From an uncultured virus (IMG/VR IMGVR_UViG_3300032323_002211) (lineage: Duplodnaviria; Heunggongvirae; Uroviricota; Caudoviricetes), in the IMG/VR virus record IMGVR_UViG_3300032323_002211: a stretch of 20,000 nucleotides of DNA; one strand, given 5' to 3'. The notes below the pieces were generated by a model, which saw only the letters and a program-made list of their open reading frames with translations, had not been told where the DNA came from and made no database searches. Position numbers and translations under genes: made by a program. Below, piece by piece: positions 9,081 to 16,849 of the stretch. Position 1 is the stretch's first letter. Every line of letters begins with the position of its first letter.

Positions 9081-9103
9081 AGTAATTAATTTTAATTGTT
9101 TTT
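9081..9103 (-). repeat. Gene-junction element copy (AAAAACAATTAAAATTAATTACT)
   Basis: Exact consensus. Contains the stop of the 59-aa ORF and lies 15 nt before the GT4 ATG. Confidence 0.9.
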
Positions 9104-9271
9104 TTTCTGTAAGGCATTTCCCAAATCTATTATTGTTTTTTCTATTTCGTCAGGGTCATACCCTAATCCAATACAAGCTGCAACAAAGCTCTCAAGCAAA
9201 TCGTCTAGGGTTGCATCAGGCTTTTTAATAGTTACTGAGCTACCCAAAGTTTCTATTGTGATTGTACCCAA
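9092..9271 (-). CDS. Small hypothetical protein, 59 aa (MGTITIETLGSSVTIKKPDATLDDLLESFVAACIGLGYDPDEIEKTIIDLGNALQKKNN)
   Basis: Not in the ORF track. TTG start immediately after the junction element at 9272; stop inside the next element. Fills the gap on the coding strand. Confidence 0.75.
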   Translation of the reverse strand: MGTITIETLGSSVTIKKPDATLDDLLESFVAACIGLGYDPDEIEKTIIDLGNALQKKNN

Positions 9272-9294
9272 AGTAATTAATTTTAATTGTTTTT
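9272..9294 (-). repeat. Gene-junction element copy
   Basis: Exact consensus between the PhyH stop and the TTG at 9271. Confidence 0.9.
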
Positions 9295-10018
9295 ACGGTA
9301 TTAAATTTGAATCTAAATATGATACCAAAGTTCCTTCATTTAAATAAAATGGATATTTGTTAGCAGCTTTACTCCTACAAAATCCGTTCATATAAGTCAT
9401 CCTATCCTGTGGGGACATATTCGGCTCACTGCCATGTACAATCTTTACAGACCAAATCAATACACTTCCTTTTGTTGCAGTATACTTTGTACCTTTTCTA
9501 CCTTCTCTATTGAATATTCTAAGATTTGAAGGAGGCTCAATTATTGATTCTTTATGTGAGCCATCTATAAACTCTATTGCTCCATTTTCTTCAGTTATGT
9601 CATCTACAGCTATGATTGTCTGAAAATAGTCATCCTCTACGTCTTCGTTGAAAATATTTGACTCTCTAAACATGATGTCCTGATGCCATGCGAATTGGTC
9701 ATTATCACCTGCCTCTCTGAAATATATTTGATTATTAATTTGTCTAACGTCTTGTCCAATAAACTCTTTAACTAAGTTTACCATTCTGTCATCTACCCTT
9801 ATCTTGTTTAGATACGAATTACATAAAGCAGGGAAAAATATTAGACTTCTTTTATTATAAGCGGTCTGTGATGGTTGGTGTGGATAGCCTGAATTTGTAA
9901 TATCTATATCATTTACGCTGTATGCTTGTCTTTTAATTTCAGAACACTCTTCAGATGTGAAGACATTAGGTATTACGACAATTCCATTTTTCTTGTATAG
10001 GTCTTTGTATTTTTCCAA
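9293..10018 (-). CDS. PhyH-family Fe(II)/2-oxoglutarate dioxygenase
   Basis: 241 aa. YKKNGIVVIPNVF, WHQD (HxD), IAVDDITEENGAIEFIDGSH and HGSEPN...R motifs. TTG start. Confidence 0.9.
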   Translation of the reverse strand: MEKYKDLYKKNGIVVIPNVFTSEECSEIKRQAYSVNDIDITNSGYPHQPSQTAYNKRSLIFFPALCNSYLNKIRVDDRMVNLVKEFIGQDVRQINNQIYFREAGDNDQFAWHQDIMFRESNIFNEDVEDDYFQTIIAVDDITEENGAIEFIDGSHKESIIEPPSNLRIFNREGRKGTKYTATKGSVLIWSVKIVHGSEPNMSPQDRMTYMNGFCRSKAANKYPFYLNEGTLVSYLDSNLIP

Positions 10019-10041
10019 AGTAATTAATTTTAATTGTTTTT
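10019..10041 (-). repeat. Gene-junction element copy
   Basis: Exact consensus. Contains the stop of the 67-aa ORF and abuts the TTG at 10018. Confidence 0.9.
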
Positions 10042-10233
10042 TGTTCTTCCTAATGATGGGTTATTTTGTAAAGATATTTGTTTATTATCCAAAGTCCATA
10101 TATCACCATCGTCCATAGCACATACAAATAATAGATAGTGCTCCTGTGAATAGTCTATAACTATAAAAGCAAACCCTTTCATTTGGTCAGATTTCCTGAC
10201 TATTGGTATCATTGGATTTAGTTGTAGTATCAT
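10030..10233 (-). CDS. Small conserved-type phage hypothetical protein
   Basis: 67 aa. ILQLNP.IP...G.A...IDYSQEH.L...GDIW pattern resembles small phage proteins. Tightly packed with neighbours. Confidence 0.75.
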   Translation of the reverse strand: MILQLNPMIPIVRKSDQMKGFAFIVIDYSQEHYLLFVCAMDDGDIWTLDNKQISLQNNPSLGRTKNN

Positions 10234-10422
10234 TTAATTGTTTTGTGCTAAGTATCTGTTGTATGCTCTTGTGTATGCCTCTCTATTAAATGCTTCAAAT
10301 GGATTTTCCTGATTAACACAATCCTCATAAGTCAGATAAAATACATCGTGGTCTCTTGTATACAGATATATTGTTCTTCGTAAAAAATTGTCTTTCAAAC
10401 TTACTTGGTATATAGTGTCCAT
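10234..10422 (-). CDS. Hypothetical protein
   Basis: 62 aa, abutting both neighbours. Ends in a half junction element (AAAACAATTAA-ATG). Confidence 0.65.
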   Translation of the reverse strand: MDTIYQVSLKDNFLRRTIYLYTRDHDVFYLTYEDCVNQENPFEAFNREAYTRAYNRYLAQNN

Positions 10423-10838
10423 TACCTAAAAATTAAATAGCCACCGCCAAGTCCTGCAATAAAAGTTCCCCATTTTGCAAGTTTCTGCCTTCTAGCTATA
10501 CTCCTTTGAAGTTTATACTTTTGGTCTAGGTTGTCTATAATCTTTTTATAGTTGTCTATTGAAGCCTCATAGCTCCACATCATTTTATTATGCAAAGCGT
10601 CCTTTTCTTTCAAAAAGGTAATTACTGAGTCTTTTAGAACGATACGACCTTCTAACAAACTTACCTTTTCATTGGTTAAGTCAAGTTCCTGTTTCACTAG
10701 TTTCCCCTGCTCTATTTTGACAATAGCAGCCTTTAGCTGTGAATTAGGCAGACAAGTTACTGAGTCATTTGAGGTCTGAGAAATACCTCGAAATGCTGTC
10801 AGAATTGTAATTACGAACAATATCTTTAGCTTTTTCAT
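10422..10838 (-). CDS. Exported coiled-coil protein, possible spanin-like partner
   Basis: 138 aa. Signal peptide MKKLKILFVITILTAFRGISQ, coiled coil and hydrophobic Gly-rich C-terminus. Overlaps the upstream gene by 74 bp. Confidence 0.6.
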   Translation of the reverse strand: MKKLKILFVITILTAFRGISQTSNDSVTCLPNSQLKAAIVKIEQGKLVKQELDLTNEKVSLLEGRIVLKDSVITFLKEKDALHNKMMWSYEASIDNYKKIIDNLDQKYKLQRSIARRQKLAKWGTFIAGLGGGYLIFR

Positions 10839-11136
10839 ATTTTGGTTTTATGTCGTTTATCTTTTTATCTATGGCAGAAACCTTACTTATCAGCTCCCTT
10901 TCCATACATTCTATGGTCTCAATTTGCTTTTGCCTTTCTATTAGCTGAAGAGAAATGGAATCCCTTTCAGCCTTATAAAAGTCATTTTTACGGAGTAGAC
11001 TATCATTAATCTTCTCGATTTCTTTAATTTTATTTTTCAGGTCTTTAGTTCCTGTGTCAAATAGTCCAACGTACCCAATAACTACTATAATGATTACTAG
11101 GACGTAGGTAAGCCAATTTTGTTTTAATTTATTCAT
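10765..11136 (-). CDS. N-terminally anchored coiled-coil protein, i-spanin-like
   Basis: 123 aa. TM segment WLTYVLVIIIVVIGYVGLF followed by a long heptad-rich helix. Confidence 0.6.
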   Translation of the reverse strand: MNKLKQNWLTYVLVIIIVVIGYVGLFDTGTKDLKNKIKEIEKINDSLLRKNDFYKAERDSISLQLIERQKQIETIECMERELISKVSAIDKKINDIKPKYEKAKDIVRNYNSDSISRYFSDLK

Positions 11137-11357
11137 AGTATCTCTTCTTTTAAGGAATATAGCTCCACCGCCACATTCTCGTCAAATTCTTTTACAAATT
11201 TCGTGCTAGTTTTCTCATTTTCCATTCTTATTTGAAAGCAGGAAAAGGGTTTTTCACCGAAAAAGTACTTTATGTATACAGCCGACTTCTCTACTATATT
11301 ACAAATGGTACAAGTAGCTAGTCTGTTATTTATATTTATTTTTAATGTCCTCACCAT
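11133..11357 (-). CDS. Hypothetical protein
   Basis: 74 aa, ATGA overlap with the next gene. Single CxxC. Confidence 0.55.
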   Translation of the reverse strand: MVRTLKININNRLATCTICNIVEKSAVYIKYFFGEKPFSCFQIRMENEKTSTKFVKEFDENVAVELYSLKEEIL

Positions 11358-11559
11358 AAATAGCGTTGTGTTTTAGCATCAATTCTCCTATTACGATATT
11401 AGTACTTATTCCGAATATAATCAAAAGTGTAAAGTTCATATCGGAGAGATAAGCCTGTTTGAAGTACGTTAAAATTAGGTAAGTACAGATAACCACTATA
11501 TTAAATATAAATAGTGCTATAAGAAAATATTTCATTTGTTTATTTTGTATTGGTATCAA
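11326..11559 (-). CDS. Small two-TM membrane protein (holin-like topology)
   Basis: 77 aa, two hydrophobic segments and a basic C-terminus. Confidence 0.55.
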   Translation of the reverse strand: MIPIQNKQMKYFLIALFIFNIVVICTYLILTYFKQAYLSDMNFTLLIIFGISTNIVIGELMLKHNAIYGEDIKNKYK

Positions 11560-12226
11560 TTGATATAACCACCGCTTCAGATATGCCGTCTTCCTTCTTG
11601 TCGTAAGGGGTCACATAAACCTCTTCATTTGGCATTCCACCCCACTTTTTGATAAACAGCTCTTTGTTCTGTATATAGTTATTCAAAAGAGGGTCTTTAA
11701 GTATCGTTTGGGAGTTTAGGTAGACATCGGGGTTTAAGTCATCTTCGTATTTGATTTTAACACCTGCTAGTTTCATTCTGTAGGCATAATCATTGTCTTC
11801 AAAATAGCACTTCTCAAACCCTTCGTCAAACTTACCAACTGAGTCGTAAACTGACTTTCTAAGCACAAAAGAAGACCAATTGTAAGCGGAACGGCAAACC
11901 TGAAAGGTATTGTCATTTCCTTTTTTTAGCATCTTTTTTATAATGTCTTCGTCCTTTTGTAAGATTACGTCATCATTGAGAATCAAAAAGTTAGTTTCCC
12001 CAAAGTAAGAGGCATAGGCAATCAGACAGTTCCAAGACCTTGCTACTCCCATCGGTTCAGGGAATCCTAAAATGGTAACATTTGGATTTGAGCTACCTAG
12101 CTCCTGCTTACCGCTGTCTACTACGATAATTCTCGTATTTGGGTAGGCTTTATCATAGTGGTCTAACGCTTGAATTAAAAGGTCTTTCCTATTGATTGTA
12201 GGAATAAGAATACAGAAATTACTCAT
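11540..12226 (-). CDS. GT-A fold glycosyltransferase (GT2)
   Basis: 228 aa. ILIPTINRKDLL, IIVVDSG, GVARSWN, LILNDD, VGKFDEGFEKCYFEDNDYAYR. Confidence 0.9.
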   Translation of the reverse strand: MSNFCILIPTINRKDLLIQALDHYDKAYPNTRIIVVDSGKQELGSSNPNVTILGFPEPMGVARSWNCLIAYASYFGETNFLILNDDVILQKDEDIIKKMLKKGNDNTFQVCRSAYNWSSFVLRKSVYDSVGKFDEGFEKCYFEDNDYAYRMKLAGVKIKYEDDLNPDVYLNSQTILKDPLLNNYIQNKELFIKKWGGMPNEEVYVTPYDKKEDGISEAVVISIDTNTK

Positions 12227-12235
12227 GGCTTTGTT

Positions 12236-12853
12236 TTAGTATTTATTAAAATTTTGTCTATGTCTTCTATAATATAGCAGTCCCTGACTCACATGGCTCA
12301 CATTTGCTCCTGCCACTTTCAGCTTATTCCAAAGGTTCAGGTCTTCATCAGTTCTAGGTGAAGTTCGGTTATGTTCATATCCCCCTAAGCTCAAAGCTAG
12401 TTTTACGTCATACATCATACTTCCATGATGCTGACCCTTCCTTGACCAATACCAATCCCCAAAGTGAAGATTTACCTCTCTTGGATAAAACGTCCGAATT
12501 TCGTCCCTTAGCTCCCCTGTTACTACTATGTCACAAACTATTACGTCTGTTTTCTCTTTGGAAAGCTGCTCTAGGGTATCAGGTCTAAGCCAATTATCTG
12601 CCCCCACAAACATAACCATATCTGTGGTAACTCGCTCTAACATATCCTGAAAATTTGCCACTATACCCAAATTTTTGTCTCTGAGCACAAATTCTACTTC
12701 AGGGTACATACTGACTAGGTGCTTACAATCCCCCGCTCCGTCATCTACGAAAAGTATCGTATTAAACTTTTTAGTCTGACAAAGTACTGATTCTATACAG
12801 TTAGCTGCCAAATGACCATAGTGGTATGAAGCTATTACACAGGTGTATGTCAT
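12236..12853 (-). CDS. GT-A fold glycosyltransferase (GT2)
   Basis: 205 aa. VIASYHYG...CIESVLCQT, FVDDG, NLG, FVGADN, EDLNLW, LYYRRH. Confidence 0.9.
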   Translation of the reverse strand: MTYTCVIASYHYGHLAANCIESVLCQTKKFNTILFVDDGAGDCKHLVSMYPEVEFVLRDKNLGIVANFQDMLERVTTDMVMFVGADNWLRPDTLEQLSKEKTDVIVCDIVVTGELRDEIRTFYPREVNLHFGDWYWSRKGQHHGSMMYDVKLALSLGGYEHNRTSPRTDEDLNLWNKLKVAGANVSHVSQGLLYYRRHRQNFNKY

Positions 12854-13110
12854 AATTTATCAATTATTGTTCTTACTTGTTTCCAATGGTCTATTTCAAT
12901 ACCATTTTTTAATAGCTCCCTATTATAGGATTCAGCAATATATTTAGCCATATCCTTAACAGCCCTATCAATATTAATTTCAGGTATTAAATTCAAATTA
13001 TGAGGGAAACATCCCCATGTACCTGTTTGAATTATAGACCTGCAATCTCTTAATAAGATTAAAGCATCTTGATTGGGTGTAAATTCCATGTCATTCTGTT
13101 TCATTGTCAT
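12850..13110 (-). CDS. Hypothetical protein
   Basis: 86 aa, overlapping both neighbours on the coding strand. Confidence 0.6.
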   Translation of the reverse strand: MTMKQNDMEFTPNQDALILLRDCRSIIQTGTWGCFPHNLNLIPEINIDRAVKDMAKYIAESYNRELLKNGIEIDHWKQVRTIIDKL

Positions 13111-13360
13111 GATATTTTGTGTATTGATTATAGGCTTTTGGGTTTTCGTCCTTTAAGTGCTGTAGTGAATTTAGGATTCTGTCCAATTTCTTATTATTGA
13201 TATACAGCTCATGTGTTAAAGAATCTACTAACTTATCTTGACTTTTGATATTAGTCTTGATTTCTCCGTTCTGCAGGGCTAATACAATAACCCCGACAAA
13301 TGCTATTGAGGATAAAAGAAGTACCCAAAGTACGTTCTCTAGTTTTTTTAATATTGACAT
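13091..13360 (-). CDS. Membrane-anchored coiled-coil hypothetical protein
   Basis: 89 aa, N-terminal TM (VLWVLLLSSIAFVGVIVLAL). Confidence 0.7.
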   Translation of the reverse strand: MSILKKLENVLWVLLLSSIAFVGVIVLALQNGEIKTNIKSQDKLVDSLTHELYINNKKLDRILNSLQHLKDENPKAYNQYTKYHDNETE

Positions 13361-13371
13361 AATTAAGGTTT

Positions 13372-14001
13372 TTATTTTTTAAGCCATATACTAGCTCCCT
13401 TTACAGCTCCTAAATTACTAATTATATTATTCGGCACAAAATCGTATTTAGACTTTAATTCCTCATTATTGTTTTCTGATATTAAATAGTTGAAGGCTAA
13501 TACCTCGTAATCATGTACTATTTTAATTATAATATCGTTTTCGTTCCATAAACGCATATTAACGTCATTAAGCCATTCTTTAGGATAACCATACATACCG
13601 AAATAATCATGAAAGTGTATTAATACCCCTTTTTTTAATTTTGGCAGAATTTCATGAATTAAGAAATGTACGTCACTTCCTGTTTCATATATATGGCTTG
13701 AATCTATAAATAGAATGTCGTTTACGTCTAGTACGTCAAAGGTATCAACGTATACGTCCTGAACGTATGAACGTACATATTCAATATTTGGGTAGATTAC
13801 TCTAGGTAACGGGTCTATGGCAGTCAGCTCGACATTCGCCCTGCTAGATAACCATGTGGAATAACCACAGCCGATTTCAATTACCCTTTTAGCTTTTGAA
13901 AGAAAATGCCAATAGGTAAGGGCATCAAGGGGTGGAAATTGGTCATTGTGCCAATCGAAGTCTTTTGGAAAGTCAGCTATGTCTAGGTCTAGTGGTTTCA
14001 T
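13372..14001 (-). CDS. Class I SAM-dependent methyltransferase (Methyltransf_24-like)
   Basis: 209 aa. RVIEIGCGYST, AIDP, DILFIDSSH, ILPKLKKGVLIHFHD, WNE. Confidence 0.88.
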   Translation of the reverse strand: MKPLDLDIADFPKDFDWHNDQFPPLDALTYWHFLSKAKRVIEIGCGYSTWLSSRANVELTAIDPLPRVIYPNIEYVRSYVQDVYVDTFDVLDVNDILFIDSSHIYETGSDVHFLIHEILPKLKKGVLIHFHDYFGMYGYPKEWLNDVNMRLWNENDIIIKIVHDYEVLAFNYLISENNNEELKSKYDFVPNNIISNLGAVKGASIWLKK

Positions 14002-14010
14002 TTAACAGGT

Positions 14011-14523
14011 TTAAAGGTAAGGTCTGTATACTTTGTAACACCAATCTTGTTCAGAGCGGTTTTGACTTCCCTGAGTAACGCTCCAAGCCATTTCGTAACC
14101 TGCCTCTTTAACGCATTCTATTACTAGATTATTGTAGTTACCGTATGGATAAGCAAAGAACTTCATTGGGAAAGGAGGGGTTATTTCCTGCATGATTTCA
14201 CTTCTGCTCAGTTTGGTTAGGTCGGGATGTGACCAAGTATGCCACCCAATTTCAAAATCTAAATTGTCACACATTTCGTGAATTTCGTCCCATGTGCAGT
14301 ACTTCTCTAGTTTGGGTACATGGGCTAAATCAAACTTGTTGTCCTTTCCTACATAGTCACCCATGACAAAGAAAACACCCCGTTTACCAACTAAAGTGTC
14401 TCTGTTCTCGTATACATTTCTATAGATTCCATCAAACCCTATCAGGTCATTACAGGCTAGTATCTGCTCTCTAGTATGATAGTTTGAGTGGTTTTCAGTT
14501 CCAATGTTGTGTGCTAGTACCAT
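14011..14523 (-). CDS. Polysaccharide deacetylase (NodB/CE4 family)
   Basis: 170 aa. GFDG (variant of TFDD), FFV, EIGWHTWSHPDL, FAYPYG, VKEAGY. Confidence 0.85.
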   Translation of the reverse strand: MVLAHNIGTENHSNYHTREQILACNDLIGFDGIYRNVYENRDTLVGKRGVFFVMGDYVGKDNKFDLAHVPKLEKYCTWDEIHEMCDNLDFEIGWHTWSHPDLTKLSRSEIMQEITPPFPMKFFAYPYGNYNNLVIECVKEAGYEMAWSVTQGSQNRSEQDWCYKVYRPYL

Positions 14524-15002
14524 TATCTTATTTTATAAAGGGTTGTTCTTTGGGTAAATTCCCTATAATTAAAATTAATTGTTTTTATCGGTTCACCAAA
14601 GTCATAGTCTATAAGCCATTCTGCTATACCTGATATTAGGATATGCTTACTACTGCATTTCATTATCATATCGTAAATAGCTTTGTGGTCATATTGAGGA
14701 TAAAGCGTTCCCGTACTGACTACTAGGTCAAATTTGCCTTCAGGCTTAGTTACAGCCTTTACTATTTGGGGTAGTCTAGACATAGCGTTATCTGATAGGT
14801 CAAGACCAAAGATTTCTGCTGCAGGTAACTTTTCAGTTACAAAGCCTTCGCCACAGCCAATATCTATTGCTCTTTTGTACAAAGGTTCGTCTTCTAGTAG
14901 TCCTAGTATAAAGTCCCTTCTTTTAAAATCTTCAGGGTTTGAGAAATACCCCCATTGGTCAGGTTTATCGTACCAACGTTCTAAATCTTCTTTTGTCTGC
15001 AT
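14523..15002 (-). CDS. SAM-dependent methyltransferase, NodS-like
   Basis: PDQWGY...YKRAIDIGCGEGFVTEKL...GLDLSDNA, KFDLVVSTGTLY. Start revised to ATG 15002 (MQTKEDL), just after the upstream stop. Confidence 0.8.
   Translation of the reverse strand: MQTKEDLERWYDKPDQWGYFSNPEDFKRRDFILGLLEDEPLYKRAIDIGCGEGFVTEKLPAAEIFGLDLSDNAMSRLPQIVKAVTKPEGKFDLVVSTGTLYPQYDHKAIYDMIMKCSSKHILISGIAEWLIDYDFGEPIKTINFNYREFTQRTTLYKIR
14566..14586 (-). repeat. Junction element, TT-spacer variant, inside a CDS
   Basis: AAAAACAATTAATTTTAATTA within the 3' end of the methyltransferase, about 43 nt upstream of the deacetylase ATG. Confidence 0.7.
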
Positions 15003-15003
15003 A

Positions 15004-15246
15004 TTATTTAGTATAAATGTGTAAAGGTGTGTGTTCCCCAACATAAGCACCTAGAATATTAAAGTCAATCCATTCTAAAGCATCTACTTCAGTCCAATCA
15101 GGGTTTTGTTTTAGTAGGCATTCAGATAGCTTATCCAAATCGTATACTGCAACATAATCGGTAGTAAAGCCAATAACTGCTTCATCTAGGTCATCCCAAA
15201 GAATAGCATCGGGGTTGTTTTCTGTTATTTTTTCAATTATGGTCAT
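15004..15246 (-). CDS. Small acidic phage hypothetical protein
   Basis: 80 aa. LDEAVIG...AVYD...EVDALEWIDFNILGAYVGEHTP pattern resembles aquatic phage proteins. ATG abuts a junction element. Confidence 0.8.
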   Translation of the reverse strand: MTIIEKITENNPDAILWDDLDEAVIGFTTDYVAVYDLDKLSECLLKQNPDWTEVDALEWIDFNILGAYVGEHTPLHIYTK

Positions 15247-15269
15247 AGTAATTAAAATTAATTGTTTTT
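15247..15269 (-). repeat. Junction element, TT-spacer variant
   Basis: AAAAACAATTAATTTTAATTACT directly followed by ATG. Confidence 0.85.
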
Positions 15270-15675
15270 AGTCAAATGGTGAAATACTATCTTTTGTGGT
15301 CATGTAGTATCTGAAAGCCTTATCACTATACATAACATGAAGGGTGACAAATTTGTACTCTTTGTAATAGACCATGTTTACTAGACAGCTCCTTCCTTTT
15401 TCATCTGTACACTTCCAACCATGACTATTGTAGCCTTCTTGATTATCGTCACCCATATCTTCTTTTATCTTGTAAAATGATTTTGCCTCGTCATTACAGC
15501 TTATGTAGGTCTTACCTAAAGTAAACGTAAGTTCTGAAAATCGTGCCTTTTCCCAAACCCATTCTTGGTCGTACTGATTCCATACACCTACCTGATTTTT
15601 ATAAGAATATAGATAGCTTTGAGAAAATGAGCTTAATGTAAAAAATAAGAACAGTACGATTAATAGTTTTTTCAT
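15268..15675 (-). CDS. Exported protein with signal peptide
   Basis: 135 aa. MKKLLIVLFLFFTLSSFSQ signal peptide and a beta-rich mature region. Confidence 0.8.
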   Translation of the reverse strand: MKKLLIVLFLFFTLSSFSQSYLYSYKNQVGVWNQYDQEWVWEKARFSELTFTLGKTYISCNDEAKSFYKIKEDMGDDNQEGYNSHGWKCTDEKGRSCLVNMVYYKEYKFVTLHVMYSDKAFRYYMTTKDSISPFD

Positions 15676-15697
15676 GTAATTAATTTTGATTGTTTTT
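15676..15697 (-). repeat. Junction element (1 mismatch)
   Basis: AAAAACAATCAAAATTAATTAC directly followed by ATG. Confidence 0.85.
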
Positions 15698-15892
15698 TAT
15701 TAATAGGGTTTTCACTACTTCTTTCATTTTATTGGGTATTCTAGTTGTAGATTCCCAAAAAGGTAGTCCTAAAGTTTTAGCATTCTTTAATTCAAAGTAT
15801 ATGATTTGAGGTATCTTAGATTTAGAAGAATCGAGCTTTATGTTAGCCTCTACCAACTCATGTAGGATTTGTTCTTTAGTTTCTGTCTTCAT
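15680..15892 (-). CDS. Hypothetical protein
   Basis: Likely start is ATG 15892 (MKTETKEQ), right after the upstream TAG. Stop lies inside the junction element. Confidence 0.6.
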   Translation of the reverse strand: MKTETKEQILHELVEANIKLDSSKSKIPQIIYFELKNAKTLGLPFWESTTRIPNKMKEVVKTLLIKNNQN

Positions 15893-15893
15893 A

Positions 15894-16220
15894 CTAGAAT
15901 AGAGGTATTTGTTGGAACTTCTCTTTTTCAAATACTATTTCCTGAGCTATCTGTCCCCCTTGTTGTTGTCTTTGTTCCCATTCCTCACCCCTGAGTTCAG
16001 GATTGTGCTCCTGTATCTTTCTCCATATCCTAGATATAGTCTGTGGATTTGTGAGCTTGAATGAGAATAGAGCGTCATAATAATCAGGCTTACTTATTCC
16101 CCAAGTCATCATTTCAATGTCATGGATTTGTTTTACGACTAGCATCCAATTGTCTCTTGATTCTTTGTTGTTTGTTAAAATGCTAAAAGTCATTCTAGAT
16201 ATATAACCTTTGTTCTGCAT
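15894..16220 (-). CDS. Hypothetical phage protein
   Basis: 108 aa. SRDN...TISRIWRKIQEHNPELRG. ATG abuts a junction element. Confidence 0.8.
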   Translation of the reverse strand: MQNKGYISRMTFSILTNNKESRDNWMLVVKQIHDIEMMTWGISKPDYYDALFSFKLTNPQTISRIWRKIQEHNPELRGEEWEQRQQQGGQIAQEIVFEKEKFQQIPLF

Positions 16221-16243
16221 AGTAATTAATTTTAATTGTTTTT
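16221..16243 (-). repeat. Gene-junction element copy
   Basis: Exact consensus; makes up the whole intergenic sequence. Confidence 0.9.
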
Positions 16244-16802
16244 AGAATACGTTTTTTTCTATTTCTGATTTTTCTTTATCTCTTAAAGTCATGTTCTTTA
16301 TATTCTCATATGCTATTCTAATCTGCTTATATTTTGAAACCTGAATTGAAATATTGGAATTATCGTAATTAAACCAATAGGCTGAATAACCGCATTTGTC
16401 ACTTGCTACTGCTGTCATTTCATATCCGTCTCCTTCTTTGTATGGAGTAAAAAAAGACGTATACGACTCAGATGGACTTCCGTAATTATTTGATAGTACC
16501 TGTAAGTATTTATTGTAATCTTCTTTTAGGTCTACCCAATCTTCTTGCTTAGGCATGAATACTACAGCCTTAAATAAGGTCTTACTCTTTGGAGTTATAA
16601 AAAGCATGAGCTCCACTTCTCTATTAGCTACCTGACCTTTGAGGGTTGCTCCTGATTCAAAATTATCTGTGACTCTATAGCCTTTAGCTTTGTATTTAGC
16701 TATTGCAGTTGGTAGGTCACCACTAATTGACACTCCGTCAAATGATTGGGAAAATGCGTTGATTGATAAAAAGGCAAATAATGTAACGAGTAACTTTTTC
16801 AT
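16242..16802 (-). CDS. Exported protein with signal peptide
   Basis: 186 aa. MKKLLVTLFAFLSINAFSQ signal peptide. F.G..I.G and L..YGSP patterns resemble Bacteroidota periplasmic proteins. Confidence 0.8.
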   Translation of the reverse strand: MKKLLVTLFAFLSINAFSQSFDGVSISGDLPTAIAKYKAKGYRVTDNFESGATLKGQVANREVELMLFITPKSKTLFKAVVFMPKQEDWVDLKEDYNKYLQVLSNNYGSPSESYTSFFTPYKEGDGYEMTAVASDKCGYSAYWFNYDNSNISIQVSKYKQIRIAYENIKNMTLRDKEKSEIEKNVF

Positions 16803-16826
16803 AATGATTCTTTTTTGTTTTTTTTA

Positions 16827-16849
16827 AGTAATTAATTTTAATTGTTTTT
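16827..16849 (-). repeat. Gene-junction element copy
   Basis: Exact consensus. Contains the stop of the 285-aa gene and lies 24 nt before the next ATG. Confidence 0.9.
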
